Shown here piece by piece: positions 23,950 through 37,800 of a DNA stretch of 64,000 nt (position 1 is its first letter; the number at the start of each line of letters is the position of its first letter). A model generated the notes under the pieces. That model was not told the origin of the DNA. It made no database searches and saw nothing but the letters and a program-made list of their open reading frames with translations. The stretch spans positions 1-64,000 of IMG/VR virus record IMGVR_UViG_3300033562_000989; one strand, 5' to 3'. Both the position numbers and the translations under genes were made by a program. The stretch is from a virus (Duplodnaviria; Caudoviricetes).

Positions 23950-25830
23950 ATGAAATATATAGGAAAATTTGGGGGTGGAGGATTTATTTCTTTCACTCCT
24001 TTTATAGGACAATCTCCACAACCAACAGAAACTTCTACAGAAAGCTCAAAAGAAAAACCTGATGAAGACTCTGGAGTAATGAATGAAAAAATATATAAAG
24101 AACTTATAGGTAAAGGCTTAGTAAGTGATGTGAATGATTTTGCAGCTAAAATGAATGCTTTACAGAATGATTACTTCGGAGCATCAAATTTATTTGGATC
24201 TAAACCAATGACTAATTATTTATCTCAAATAGCTAAAGTTAATGAACTATATCAAAACAAGCAAGCTTGAGATAATGCAGTCTCTACTTCTGAAAAAACA
24301 GGAGGTTATGGAGAAGTAGCTATAGGAACTTCTAATGAAGTGTATACTAGAGGAGGAGATGGAAGAATTAAAGCTATTAGCTTAGAAGAATTTAAAGAAA
24401 AGAGAGATAAAACTAAGCTTTTAACAGTATCGGAATTATTAAATGCTAGAAATTTTGAAGGTCAATTAGCTAATCAAAATGGAATATTTAATGTTGCTAA
24501 TAATTCTGTAGGTCTTTCTCAAATTAATAAAAAGATTTTAGACATAGTTAATGGGTTAGGTAAAGAATCTAATAATATAGAAAGACATTATGATAAAACA
24601 CAAGCTATGGGAGAAATGGCTAGGCTGATGGGTATTAAAAAACCTACAACAGAAGAAGCAACTGCTCTAAAAACTTTACAAGAAATAGTAAATACTCCCG
24701 GTGAATCTATACAAGTAGTAAATAAAAATACTACACAAAAAAGACATTTAGATACTGCTTTAAAATATATTTGAACTACTTTAGGAAAAAATGAGCAGCA
24801 AAAATTATTTGTATCAAGTGTAATGAACGGGAATGATAATCCACTTGAATTAATAAGTAAATTTTTAGATAGCCAGACTGATGCTGAAATGACTTCTGAA
24901 ATATCTGGGAAAGAATTAAAAAACCCCGATGGAAGTACTTCATCGACTTCTGATTCTAAAAATATGAAATCTTTAACTTCATTTCAAATGTTTCATAAAG
25001 ATAAATTAACTACATATACAAATGATTTTGCTTTAAATGATCCTAAAACTAATATGCTATTTAAAGGTGTAGTTGGTGGTATTTCTCCTATTTTAACTCC
25101 GGATGGTGAATCTGTAGGAATGACAACTGTTAAAAATATACTTGAAAAAGGGAATTATAATCAATTTTTAAAAAGTAATGCAGTTTATTTTGGAAATCAA
25201 AAAGTAGAACCTGGAAATATGAATAATTTAATTTATAATGGAGAAGATGCTGCTAAAGTTTATATGCCTGTTGGAATAGGAGGTAGTCCAGACTTTGAAG
25301 CTTTGCTAAAATTTAAAGACATTTATGCTGTATATGAAGCTAATAAAAATTCATGAACTACATCACAAGCTAAAGAACACTTTAAAAAATATAAATATAA
25401 TTTAGATTTTGATGAAAGATATGAAAATGGTAAAAAAATCAAAGTAATTAGAGATAATACTTACGTAAAACCATTTTTAGTAATGTATGGATATACAAAT
25501 GATGCTACAGGATTAACTAAAAATAATTCTTGAATTACAGAATTTAATAGTACAGATGAATCTTTAATACCTCAATTGGAAAGTGTATGAACAATAGGAG
25601 AAGGTAAAAAAGCAGTTAATTTAACTCCTAAAAACCGCATTTTTAGTGAAGATTACTATAAAGGTATAATTACAATACCATATAAAGAAAATGCTGCTGC
25701 TATTATAGATAGTATGGTTGGACAAGGTCCTAAAGATAGAGTATCAACTTTATTAGATGTTCAAAGAAATTTAAATTTTTCTTCAAATCAACCATTAAAC
25801 ACTAATAATGGTTCTTTATCATTAAAATAA
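23950..25830 (+). CDS. virion cargo protein (626 aa, TGA=Trp)
   Basis: Fragments 23950, 24340 and 24823 are in frame and open to TAA 25828-25830. Confidence 0.7.
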
Positions 25831-25839
25831 TAATAAAAC

Positions 25840-28800
25840 ATGGAAATAACTAAACCAAATGATATACTTATAGCTACTATAAATAATCCTCTGGCTACAA
25901 CATATGATTTAACTACTATAGATTTAAATCCTATTAACACAGGACTTTTAAGTAAAGACGCTTATAAAAGTACTAAATATATTCAAGATGCTTTTAAGAC
26001 TACAGATGGAAAATTTGATGAAATAGCTTTTAATGAAACATATAATAAGGCTGCAAATCATTACAGTGAAATGAGTAATGATGCCTATTTAAAAGGATTA
26101 GACGAAGTTACCTATAGCCCTTTTGACGTTACACGTCCAAAAGATGCTAAAACATTTAAAATTGATGTAGAATTTACTAAAGACTTTAATCCCTTTCAAC
26201 AGCTTTATAATAGAACAAGTGTAGGAAGCGTAGATAATAATCCGCTATCATTAAGAGAAATAGCTCAACAAGGTAAAATATTTGATACAAAAGAGAAAAA
26301 ATGAAGTGAAACTACAGTAAATGAATTAGGATTACTAGATAAAATATTTGGGGAAACTTTGGTTTATGCTCAATGAGATGATGAAGGTATACATAAAGAT
26401 GTAGAAACTGGATTAAATACTAAACATTCTAAAGGAGATTGAAAGATAAATGATAACGGTAATATATTTGTAGAAACTTTAGGAGATAGAGAGATGTATG
26501 GAAAGCAAATAGTAAATCCTAAAGATATATTAACTACAGATGGAAGTTTTGCTAATAATTTAGACCTTTTTGATAATGATAATATAGAGAGTAATGCTAT
26601 TAAAACTACTTTTAGATTAGCTGCAGAAATAGCCCCTTTAGTTATTCCTGGAGTTAATTTATATTATGGAGGTGTAAAAGCAGCTATCGGTTTAGCAGGC
26701 GTACTACCAACATTTTATAAATCTTTAGAAGGCATGTTTTTAGGAGATACTAAAACAGGGCTAACAGATTTAGCAACTAAAACAGAGGGATATTTAGCTA
26801 AGTTTAATCAGAAATCTAATTCTGACGAAGCTCAAGGTAGTTTCTTTAATTATGAACAATTAGGTGGTATGGTTGTAGATACTTTTGGACAATTATACGA
26901 ACAAAGGGCAGTTGCATCTTTATCAAAATATTTTGTTAAATCTAAATCCGCTGCTTTATTAGCTAAAGAAGCTGATTTAGAGTCGGAAATAGGGAAAAGT
27001 TTATTTGCAGCATCTAATTCAGGTAAAATAAATTTACTAAATAAAACTGGACAATTAAGTGACGAAGCGGCTAGTTTAGTCAAAGCAGCTAGAGAAAAAC
27101 TTCCAGAATTACAAAGTTTACAAAAATTACAGTCAGGTATAGCTAAATCATTATCGTTAGGATATATGGCTATGACTTCTACAGCTGATATATATGGACA
27201 TGCATTAGAAGTTGGTTATGATAGACGTACAGCAGGATTCTCTGCATTATTAGCAGCTTCTGGGCAATATGGAATCATGATTAATAATAGAATGGGAGAT
27301 TGGTTTTTAGAAGGAACAACTGGATATAGCTTACAAACTAATAAAACTCTTATGCGTAAAGCTGTTAAAGAGTATATGGGAGATATACAAGATGGTTTTA
27401 AAATATTTGGAAAAGATAAAATGGCTGGTAAATTAGCATTTTCTACTATAGCTAAAAATTTTAAAAATACTATTACCGATACATTTACTAATGGTTCTGT
27501 TGTAGGAGAAGCTATGTGAAAAAATGCTATGGTAGAAGGAGTAGAGGAAGTTACAGAACAAGCTGTTTTAGATTCTACTAAAGCTATAGTTGATGCTATG
27601 TCTTATTTAGGTCTAACAGAAAAGAAAGGTAATTTTAATGCAATTGAAAAAACTTTTAGTAAAGAAGGAGCACAAGAATACTTAGCTAACTTTATAGGAG
27701 GTATTCTAGGAGGAGCTATGTTTGAATTTAATACTTCAAAAATAGAACCTTTATTTAATAAAAATTTAGTAAATCCTATAACTCAAAAATCAGTTCAGCA
27801 ATATGTAGCTAATGGACATACCGACCTTTTAATTGATATGGTCAATAAACAAAGGAGCAGATTAGGTAATAACTATTTAAGTCCTGTTCAAGTTGATGGT
27901 ATGTATATAGCAGCTGAAAATAATAAATCCCAAGCTGACTTTATAGCAGATAGTACTATAAGTTTTATAAGAAATCAAGACGGTATAATAAATGGAAAAA
28001 ATTGAGGGAAATCTGATGCAGAAATTGTAGAAAAAACAATGATGGATCAAATTGCTATTAAAATGTTCCAAGACTCTAAAGGTGAAAATAAAGTTGGTAT
28101 AGAAGGTCTTTTGATAGATGATTTTAATAATAATAGAGAAGAATTTTTAAGAGTAAATGAGAAAATTAAAGATCTTTCTAAAGATACAGTATTAAATAAA
28201 GATGCAATAGCAGAATTAAAAGAAGAGGCTAAAATATATGAAAATAACATAAATGATATGTTAGCTGGTAAAAAAGCAGAGGAATATTTTAATGAAGCTA
28301 GTTTTTATTTTGAAAAAGAAATTAGTGATAATTTTTTAAATATTGATAGAGACAGTTTTTCTAGGGCTAAATATGGAAAAAGCTATAATAATATAAAAGA
28401 TTCTGGAGTAGGAGTTACAAAAGAAAGAGTTGATAAAGAATGAAAAGAAGTTTTGAATTCTACAGATGTTAGAAAAAATATTAAGACTGCTTTTAAGGTT
28501 TATTCTGAGATTGAGAAAATGATTAATCCTTCTATTGCTAAATATACAGAAAAAGGTTATTCAGAAGAACATAAAAAATCTTTACAAAATATATTTAAAA
28601 CAGTAGCTACTTTAAATTTATATGATGTCAGTAATCCAGAAACTAAAAAAGAAAATATAAGAACTACTTTAGATTCTGCTAAAAAAGTAGAACAGGCTAC
28701 AGGTAAAAGAATCATTCCTTATGATATTTTATCAACTGATTTTGTTGGCCAGTTTTTTAAAATGAACTTATTATCAGATTTAAAAGGTAATGTTTTAACA

Positions 28801-31800
28801 GAAGAAGAATTAAATAGACCTATTAAAGTAGAAGGACGAGAAGATACTACTATTAAACAAACTATTAGTAATCTTATAGAAAGTATTTTAGTAAAAAGCC
28901 CAAGTACTTCATTTGTATACGATTTAATAGAAAAAGATGCTAATAAAGAAATATTTGATTATAATAATAGTGTTTTATCAGAAATTGAGCATTTAAAAAC
29001 TACTAGAAACGAAGAAAATACAGAAGAAATTGATAAAGAAATAGCATTATTAGAAAATAGTCAAATGAACATTAAGCTATTAACTTATAATGATACTGAT
29101 ATTTATAAAGGACTTAAAAGTAGTTTAGATAAAACCTTAACTGATAAATTCGCGGAATTAAAATTAACTGATGAAGATTTAATAGCTCTAAACTCTGTTA
29201 CAAATTTAGAAGAAGTAGAGGCTATTAAATTAGAATCTGAAGATATATTAGATGAAAATACAGGAATTACTACAACAGAGTTAAATAAAGAGTCAGCAAC
29301 ATCCATGTTTAAATGGATAGAGTTAGATAAATTACGTGACAAAGATGGTAAATCAATATTGGAAGAAATTTACAATGTTTATTTATTAGATCCAACTAAA
29401 GAAAACTTATCAAAATTACAAAGTAATCTAGAAGATACAGTAAAAGAATTGCAAGGAAAAAATAAGATATATAAACAATTTAAAGAGTTTCAATTAAAAG
29501 AAGAGGATAACTTATCTAAAGAATTAGAAAAATCAATGCCTTCATATTTTAGTCCTAAAGGAAATAATTATGCTTTGCCGGCACTTCTAAAAGAAATAAA
29601 AACTAATGGAAACTTAGATAAAGAAGTTTTCAAACTATTAGAAAGTTCTATAGATGATTTACTTCAGCCTATTAAAAATATGTTCTCAGACAATAATTTT
29701 ACTAAATTAGAGTTATTAGATATTTTAGAAAATAGTGATGATTATTTTAATACTTTAAACGATGTATTGAATAGTGAGACTGTAGAAAATGATAGTAATG
29801 CTGCAGAATGAGAACTAACGGCTAGTAAACTACCTAAATATATAAAAGAATCTATTAAATCAAATATAGGAAGTAAAACTACATTTGAAAGTGCTATTGA
29901 TTTTCTTGAAAATATACAAACAATATCAGAATTTAAAAAAAATAATAAAGAAGATGTTAATAATATAAAAGAAGTATCTAAAGTATTAGAAGATGCAGAT
30001 AAATTTATTTCTAATAGTTTATACGATTTTATTGAAAATTTTGAAGTAATTTTGACAGGTCAAAAAGATAAATCAGACAGAAAAAGTAGTATAATGACAA
30101 TTCTTAAAAACGAAGAATTTTCTCTTTTTAAGGCTTCTGACATCACTAATTATTCTGCTCAGGGGATACGTTCAAAAGATATTGATCAGGTCTTAAATAC
30201 TCTTAATTTGATAAAATCAGTAGTTAAAAGTATGAGTACTACAGAAATTTCTATGGATAGTTCAACTAATGGTTTTTTAGCTATGCGTCAAAATTTTATT
30301 GAAAGGAATAAATTAAAATCTGATGTATCATCTTTAAAAACAATTACAAGCGATACTGCTAATATGATGTTATTGGATCTAGCTAGAATTGAAAGTAAAT
30401 TAAAATACTTACAAGAATTATCTAAATTTAATTCTGGCAAATTATTTAATGAGTCAGAAGAAATCAGAAATAGAGCTAGTCAACTTTTTCATAAAGGATG
30501 AGTTGAATTATCTAAGAAATCATTAATGTTTAAAGGAAAACCTGTTATACCAGATCTATCTAATATACTAAGTTCAAATGATTCTAAAGAAAAACAATTA
30601 TTAAATATTAAAGATGTGTTTTTTCATCATCATATAGGTTTAAATGATGATGAAAAAATAGAATTATTAAAAATTATTAAAGAAGGATACCCACATTATA
30701 ATATATATGATGGCTTATACGATAAGAATGGGGAAGATGAGTTCACTAAAGAAATGAAAGAGTTAAGTAATCATGACTTTTTCTGATCTCTAGCTTCGTC
30801 TTTAGTAGTAAATAGTAAAGATATTTACAGAAAAATTTTAAGTAATTTAAAAGGAGAATTTGATAAAGCTCCATTTTATACACAAGAATTAGCTGCAGAA
30901 ATGTTATATGCTTCTATTGTAGCTCCTAAAATATTTAGTGAGTTATTAAAAGATGATATTCATACTAGTACTCATTTAACTGATTTTATAACTTTTGTGC
31001 TTGGAAATGCAGGTACAGGAAAAACTACAGTAGAGTATAAATTACTTATGCTTATGTTAAAAGAAAATAATCCTAATTTATCTGTCTGATTTAATGCTCC
31101 TACAACTTCACAAGCTGAAAAGCTGATGAACGATGTTATTACTGGATTAGATATTGATAAATTTACTATAAATACTTTAGACAAATCTGCTTTATTTGAA
31201 AGGTTGGGTTTAACTGAATTATGAAATAAAATAAAAAGTTATAATAGAACTGACGAAGGATTTATTAAATATGACAAAAACATAGATAAATATGTTTTAT
31301 CTTCAATAGAAGATGATCTTAAAGCTATTAAATTAACAGATTTGCCTAATTTAATTTTAATAGATGAAACTACACATTATAATGCTTTAGAGTTAGAACT
31401 TTTAAATAGTTTATCTAAACATTTATATAATAATGGTAAATATATGAAAATAGTTTCAGCAGGAGATCCTACTCAAAGAGGGGCTAAATTTAATGATATA
31501 AGTTATAATGTAGATAGAGTTACCGCATTTTATACTCCTATTTTAAATTTAACTGTAAGAGCTTCTAATGACAAAAAAAGAGAAAATAATGATAGTTTAT
31601 CAGCAATAGTTAAAAAAGCAACTAGTATATTTGAAAATGTAAAAGATTCTCCAAAAATATTAAGTTTATTAGATAAAGGAGTGAATTTTAAGTATTATTT
31701 TGATGCCCAGACAATTAATGGGGATATGTTAACTAATACAGAAGAAATTCAAAGTAGTATTGTAACTACTTTAAAAAATATAATAATTAAAAAACCTACT

Positions 31801-34800
31801 ACTAAAATAGGAATACTTTCAAAAGATGGTAAATTGTCTGAAGATTTAACTAAAAAATTTGAAGTTGCTGGTATAACCTCTACTAATTATGTAGTTTATA
31901 CTCCAGAAAATGTACAAGGTTCAGAATCAGATTATTTTATTTTTAATATTAATGATACATCTGATACCCATGTTATGTCTGCATTAAGAAATTTATATAC
32001 TTATATGTCAAGAGCTAAACATGGTAGTATTATTTTAGGAAATTCTAAAACTGCTAAAAATAAGGCAGATGATACAGTAATTCCAATTATTAGTACAAAA
32101 GAAGATTATACTGAACCCTTCGAAGCAATGTCTCCAGATATTATTAAAGAAATAAAATTAAGTAAAATAACACAATTAGAAGAATTACTTGATGGAGAAT
32201 TTGATACAAAGTATGATAATTTCAAATTTGACAAGGATAAAGAAGCTAAAATTAGCATTATTGAAGGAGAATCTAGTATAGAAATAGAAGAAGAAGAGTT
32301 AGCAGAGGATGAACAATTTAAAGGGAAACAAAAACCTGAAAAAGGTAAATTTTTACCAGACGAATCTAAACTAATGCTTCATACTTTTTATAATGATTTA
32401 AATGTAAAAATTGAAGATTTAGGTAATGGTAATGTTAAGATTTTTAAAAATATAGACAATTCTTTAAATACAGGACTTGGATTTCTTTTTGAAGAAGGTG
32501 AAAATGAACTAACAATTACTAAAGAAGAATTTGATAAAATAGCTACTCAATTAATAACATTAAAATATAAAGTATTAGGAGATTTAAAAAATAAGAAATT
32601 AACATCTTCTATATTAATGACCCATGATAAACTTTTTAATGGAGCAAACAAAATTGAGAAAAACATTATCATAAGAAAAACTAAATTTAATGAAGTATAT
32701 AATAAGCCATATAAAAAAGAATTAGATGATGAGGATAAACATCTAAAATTTAATGATGCATATCCGAATTTATATTTAAAAGTTACAACTAAAAATAAAA
32801 CATATTATTTACATTTAGGAACGTTGCCGGCTTTAGAAACTGTTAAAAGTTCATTCGGACCATATAGTGAAACTAATAAATATTATGAAGAATATTTAAA
32901 AGATAGTATAGATGAAGATATAATTATTCCAGATGAAAAAGTAGGGTTCTTTACGAACACTAGACTTTTATATCATAAAGATGATAAAGGTAATAGAATT
33001 AAAATACAAAATATAAATTCTAAAGAATTAAAAGATTTAAGTAATAAAGGAACATCTTTAGAAAATCTTTTAGAAAAATTTCCAGGATTGACTTTTTTTG
33101 ATGGTAAAAATTTTTCAAGTGAACCTACTATTAAATTATATCCAAATACTTTAAAAGAATATATCCAGATTTTTAAAAATGTAGTATTTAATGGAGAAGT
33201 ACAAACAGATGAAGTTCTAGAAGCTAGATTTAGGTTGGATAGTGGTAAGCCTTATGTAAGTGTATCTTATGTTCAAAGTAAAAATCAAGTAAGACATATA
33301 AAATTAATATCTTCTAATAAAAAAATATCTCAATTAAAAGAATTATTTAGAAATCCATTTAATAGAGAAAATTCTGAAAACTTAAGTAAAATTATTAAAA
33401 GTTCTGCAGCAGAAAAACCAATTGCCCTAAAAATAGGAGAAAGTATGTTTAGTGGCTCTCAAGTATTAGATATGCTAATAAATTTAGCTGTTGATAAACC
33501 AGAATTATTTAAACAATTTTTTAATAAAGGAGAAGAATTTTTAAAAGTTATAAAAGAAACTTTAGAAAAAGATAAAAGTAATAAAACAGACAATGTAGGA
33601 AATTTATTTGAAACTTTATTTAATGAAGATGATTTTACTAAATATAAAAAAGATTTAATAGCAACTATTTTTTATGAGCCAGAAGATGGTAAATTAAGAG
33701 AAGTTTTATCTAATATACGAGAAGAATTAGATAAAAATGCAGATATAGATAAAGAAAAATTAAGAGCAAAGTTGCTACCTAAAGTATCAGGAGGATCTAA
33801 TAAATATTGATTTCACAAATTTTGAAATATTATAAGAGTTGCAGTAGAATCTGAAACTGTAATTCTAAAAGACACTCTTTTATTAGAAAAAACAAAATCT
33901 TTCTCTAAAATTGTTAATGATATGGTAAATTATTGAGGAGAAAATCCAGGAATTTTTTACTATAATTTACCTATAACTGTAGCTACAAAAGGAACTTCTA
34001 ATATAAAGCCTTTTGATTTATTTACCAATAAGGAAAACCTTTATACTACTTTAGTGCCAGAAGGTCCAAGAATGTTCTTAGATTTAAAAGAAATATTTAA
34101 AGCTGCAAAAAAGAAAAGTTTACCTCCAACACCTCCAGAAGAAACTGCAGAAGAAACCGCTTTAAGAGAAATGAATGAGAAAAAAGAAAATCTGTCTAAT
34201 GAAATTGTAAATAATGCTACTACTGATCAAGTATATGAATTAGGCTTTACAGGTGAAATTGGAGATAATAGAATTAATTTTAAAACTTGATTATTAGAGC
34301 AATCTGTAGAAACTTTAGAAAAATTCCTAGAAACATTAAATGAAGAAGGGGAAGAAGAAGTAGAAGAAATTGACTTAGAAAAAAATAAAAAAAGAGTTTC
34401 ATTTATTTTTAATAATTTCATATTAGAAGATGATGTTAATGGAGGAAAAGCACATCACTCCACTATGTCTAAATTATTTAAAGACAATTCTAGGTTAGCT
34501 TTAAAAATTTTAGAGAATTTAGACCAAGAATTTAAATTGCCTACTATATTATTACCTGGAATGAATGATACTTTAGATAAGCTTGTTGAAAATTTAGGCA
34601 CAGAAGAAATACCGATGTATGATATATTAGAACAACTAGGAGAATTATTTAGTAGCGAATATGATATTGAAATAGATAATGATGATTCTGCTGCTGAATT
34701 GACTTCAATATTTAAAGAATTATTTCCAGAAGAAGAAGTAACTAACTCTCATTTTACAGAATGTGCCGTAGTAAACAATGAGGTAATAGATAACAGCCCT

Positions 34801-34809
34801 CCATTTTAA
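25840..34809 (+). CDS. giant virion protein (~2989 aa, TGA=Trp) with SF1 helicase-like domain
   Basis: Eleven fragments in one frame. GNAGTGKTT (Walker A), APT, ILIDET (Walker B), GDPTQ, VQGSE and YTYMSRAK motifs. Confidence 0.75.
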
Positions 34810-34835
34810 TTATAAATAATAAAAAAACAACCAAT

Positions 34836-37800
34836 ATGAGTAATTGCGATATAAATAAGCAAAAACAAATAATAAATACACTGACTATAATGCTTCCTAA
34901 AAATGAATCGACTTTGCTAGAAATAGCAAAGTCGATTTATCCAGGAAAATATAGTTCATTAGAATTACTAAATGAATTTAAAGATAGTAAATATTTTACT
35001 AAATTAAATAGTTTTTACAATTTTGCTAATATTTCTACAACTTCTCCTAATATATTAATAATAGCTCCTAAAGCTAAAGATACTAAATTAGAAGAAAAAT
35101 ATATGACTAATATAGCTACTAATTTTACTTCTCCTACTTTAGGTGACTTATTTGATAGTATGCCATTAGCTGAAAAATATTTTGAACAAAGTATGAATGA
35201 AAAGCTTTTAAAAGCTGTATTAATAGGTAAACAATCAAGTGACGTGTATGTTACTTCAAAAGCTGATTTAAATAAAAATGTATTAATTTTAAAAAATGAG
35301 TTATTTAATAATATAGTAAAGTTTTTAAGAGTTAGAGGTATTTCTATTGAAGGTTCAACGGATTTATATAATATATCTTCTGGAAAATTTGTAAACTTTG
35401 AGAAATATTCGGAGGTATTAAAAAAATTAGAGACATGGTTTAAAGAAAATAGAACTATGATAGACACTGCTACACAAAGAGAGATACCTTCTTTAAGTGT
35501 TAATTTATCAAGTAATGCTGATAGGACAGTTTTAGATGCTTATAATGCTGCTATAATGCTTTCTAATTTTGACAATGTGATTTTTAAAAAATTTAAAAAT
35601 ATACTTAAGTTAGATTTTTCTACTTTTAATGAGTTTGATGGCCCTTTAAAAGGGAATAAATATGAATTTGGAACTAAGGGTTTAGAGACAACTTACTGGT
35701 TAGGAGATGACCAACAATCAGAATCTGCTGAAGTTTTTTTAGATGATTATTCAAAAAGTATTATAGGATTAGTAAGAGTAGTAGATAAAAATAATAATTT
35801 TACTGGTGAATATTTAGAAGCGAAAGATTTTTATAGTTTAGCTTCATTTATAAATACTTTTGAATTAGAAAATTTTACAGAATTAAATAAAGATGAAGAA
35901 TGGCTATCTTTAAATGAAGATCCTGTAGGAACTTTTAAAGTATATCTAAAAAGAATTCTTGAAAATTATGAAAATCACTTTAAAGAGGGAATTTTAGAAA
36001 ATAATACAGTAGAATCACAAAAATATGCAGTATTTAAATCTTCTATAAATAAAATTAAAAGTATAAGTGAATTTTTAGAAGAAATTAAAGTTAAAGAAGC
36101 TAATTCTAATGTGCAGCCAATTATTTCAGTATTTACTCAAGTATTAAATAACAGTTTTGGGGCTAATTATTTAGTAAATAATAGCAATACACAGGAAACA
36201 GAAATAAAAGAAATGCATTCACATAATGCTAATAGAGTTAAATTATTTAATGATTTATATGCATTTCTAAAAGCCAGAGTGAAAAATCCTAAAAACTTTT
36301 ATATTGGAGGTACTTCAGAAACAAAACCTAATTTAACTACAGAAAAAGACTTTTTAAATAAACTAGTAAATAATGATGATGTATCAGATTTAAGATTTTT
36401 TATTCATAAAATTACAGGTAAATTTTTAACAGAAGATGGAGTTGAAAGATTAAAAGCTATAAAAGGAAATAAACAAAATAATGGAGAAATGAATTATGGG
36501 TCTCTAGTAGATGATTTACATAGTTATTTAAAAGCTGTCAGATCTCCAATTGAAACAGGAGGTCAATCTGTTTTACAAAAAATTATAGCAAATGAAGATA
36601 GTGTTTTAAATAATGAGTATAGTGCAGTAGAAAGTAATGCTAACATTATTGAAAATGCTTCTAAAAGTTTACAAACTATTTTCGATATCTACTTAGAAGA
36701 TTTTGTTTTAAAACCAATAACAACTATTTCTACTTTATCTGGGGAAAAAATACCTGTATGAAAAACTCCTAATGTAATGTACAATGATGTAGAAAATTTA
36801 TTAACACGTAGTAGAGTAGAAAAATCAAAAGAACATGACGACAATGCTTATGAAAATTTATTTGTAAAATATGGTGGTTTAAAAGGGACTTCAACAAAAT
36901 TAGAAGTCATAAATAGAAGTAATAATAAAGCTTCTAGTGCATACAATGTTGCAGAACATTTTATAAGTAGTTTTCAATATGAATTTTTAAATAGTTTTGA
37001 TGCTAAAAAAAATATTGATATTGATGGTAGAATACATGTAATGATTGGTAATTATGCAGATAAATCTACTATTGTTGCTAAAATGATAGATAGGCATTTA
37101 AAAGTTAAAATAGACGAAAAAGATAAATTTATAATAGGGCATAACGAAGGAAAAAATGTAGCTACTCAAGCAGAGTTACAAGAATTAGTTAGAAGTCAAA
37201 GTGCTAAATATTATACAGGTTTAGTAAACACAATTTTTGATAAATATAAAGAAATTGGAGTTACAATAATAGATGGAGATATAATTGGCAATATTAATAA
37301 AATCAATGAATTTTTAGGAATTTTTCAAGATCAAGATGAATTTTTAGTTTTTTTACAAAAACATAATGTAGATATAGTTGAAGAATTAGACTATTCTACA
37401 TATTTAACTTTTAATAATAAAACTAATAAATATGATAAAAGATTAGCATTAAATCAAACAATCGTTGATTACAGTAAAATATACGGATCTAAAGAAGAAT
37501 TTAATAAGTTTGTAAACTTCCAAGAAGATAATTTTGCTGAAAAATTAGAACTATTAAAAGGAAAAAATATTCTAATTGGGTCTGATGGAACTAATGGAGG
37601 TAATTTTGAAAAAATTAGAAATAATTATGAAAATTATTTAAATTCTTTTGGAATTACTGCTAAAGAAATGAAAAATTTTGAACTTCATAATGAAGATAAA
37701 GAATTAGTAGGATTAAAAATTGTAAATGAAGAAGGTGAATTAAATCCATTAGCTAAAAGATGGATGTGGAGTAATGCTTTAATTAGAAATGAATATTTAT

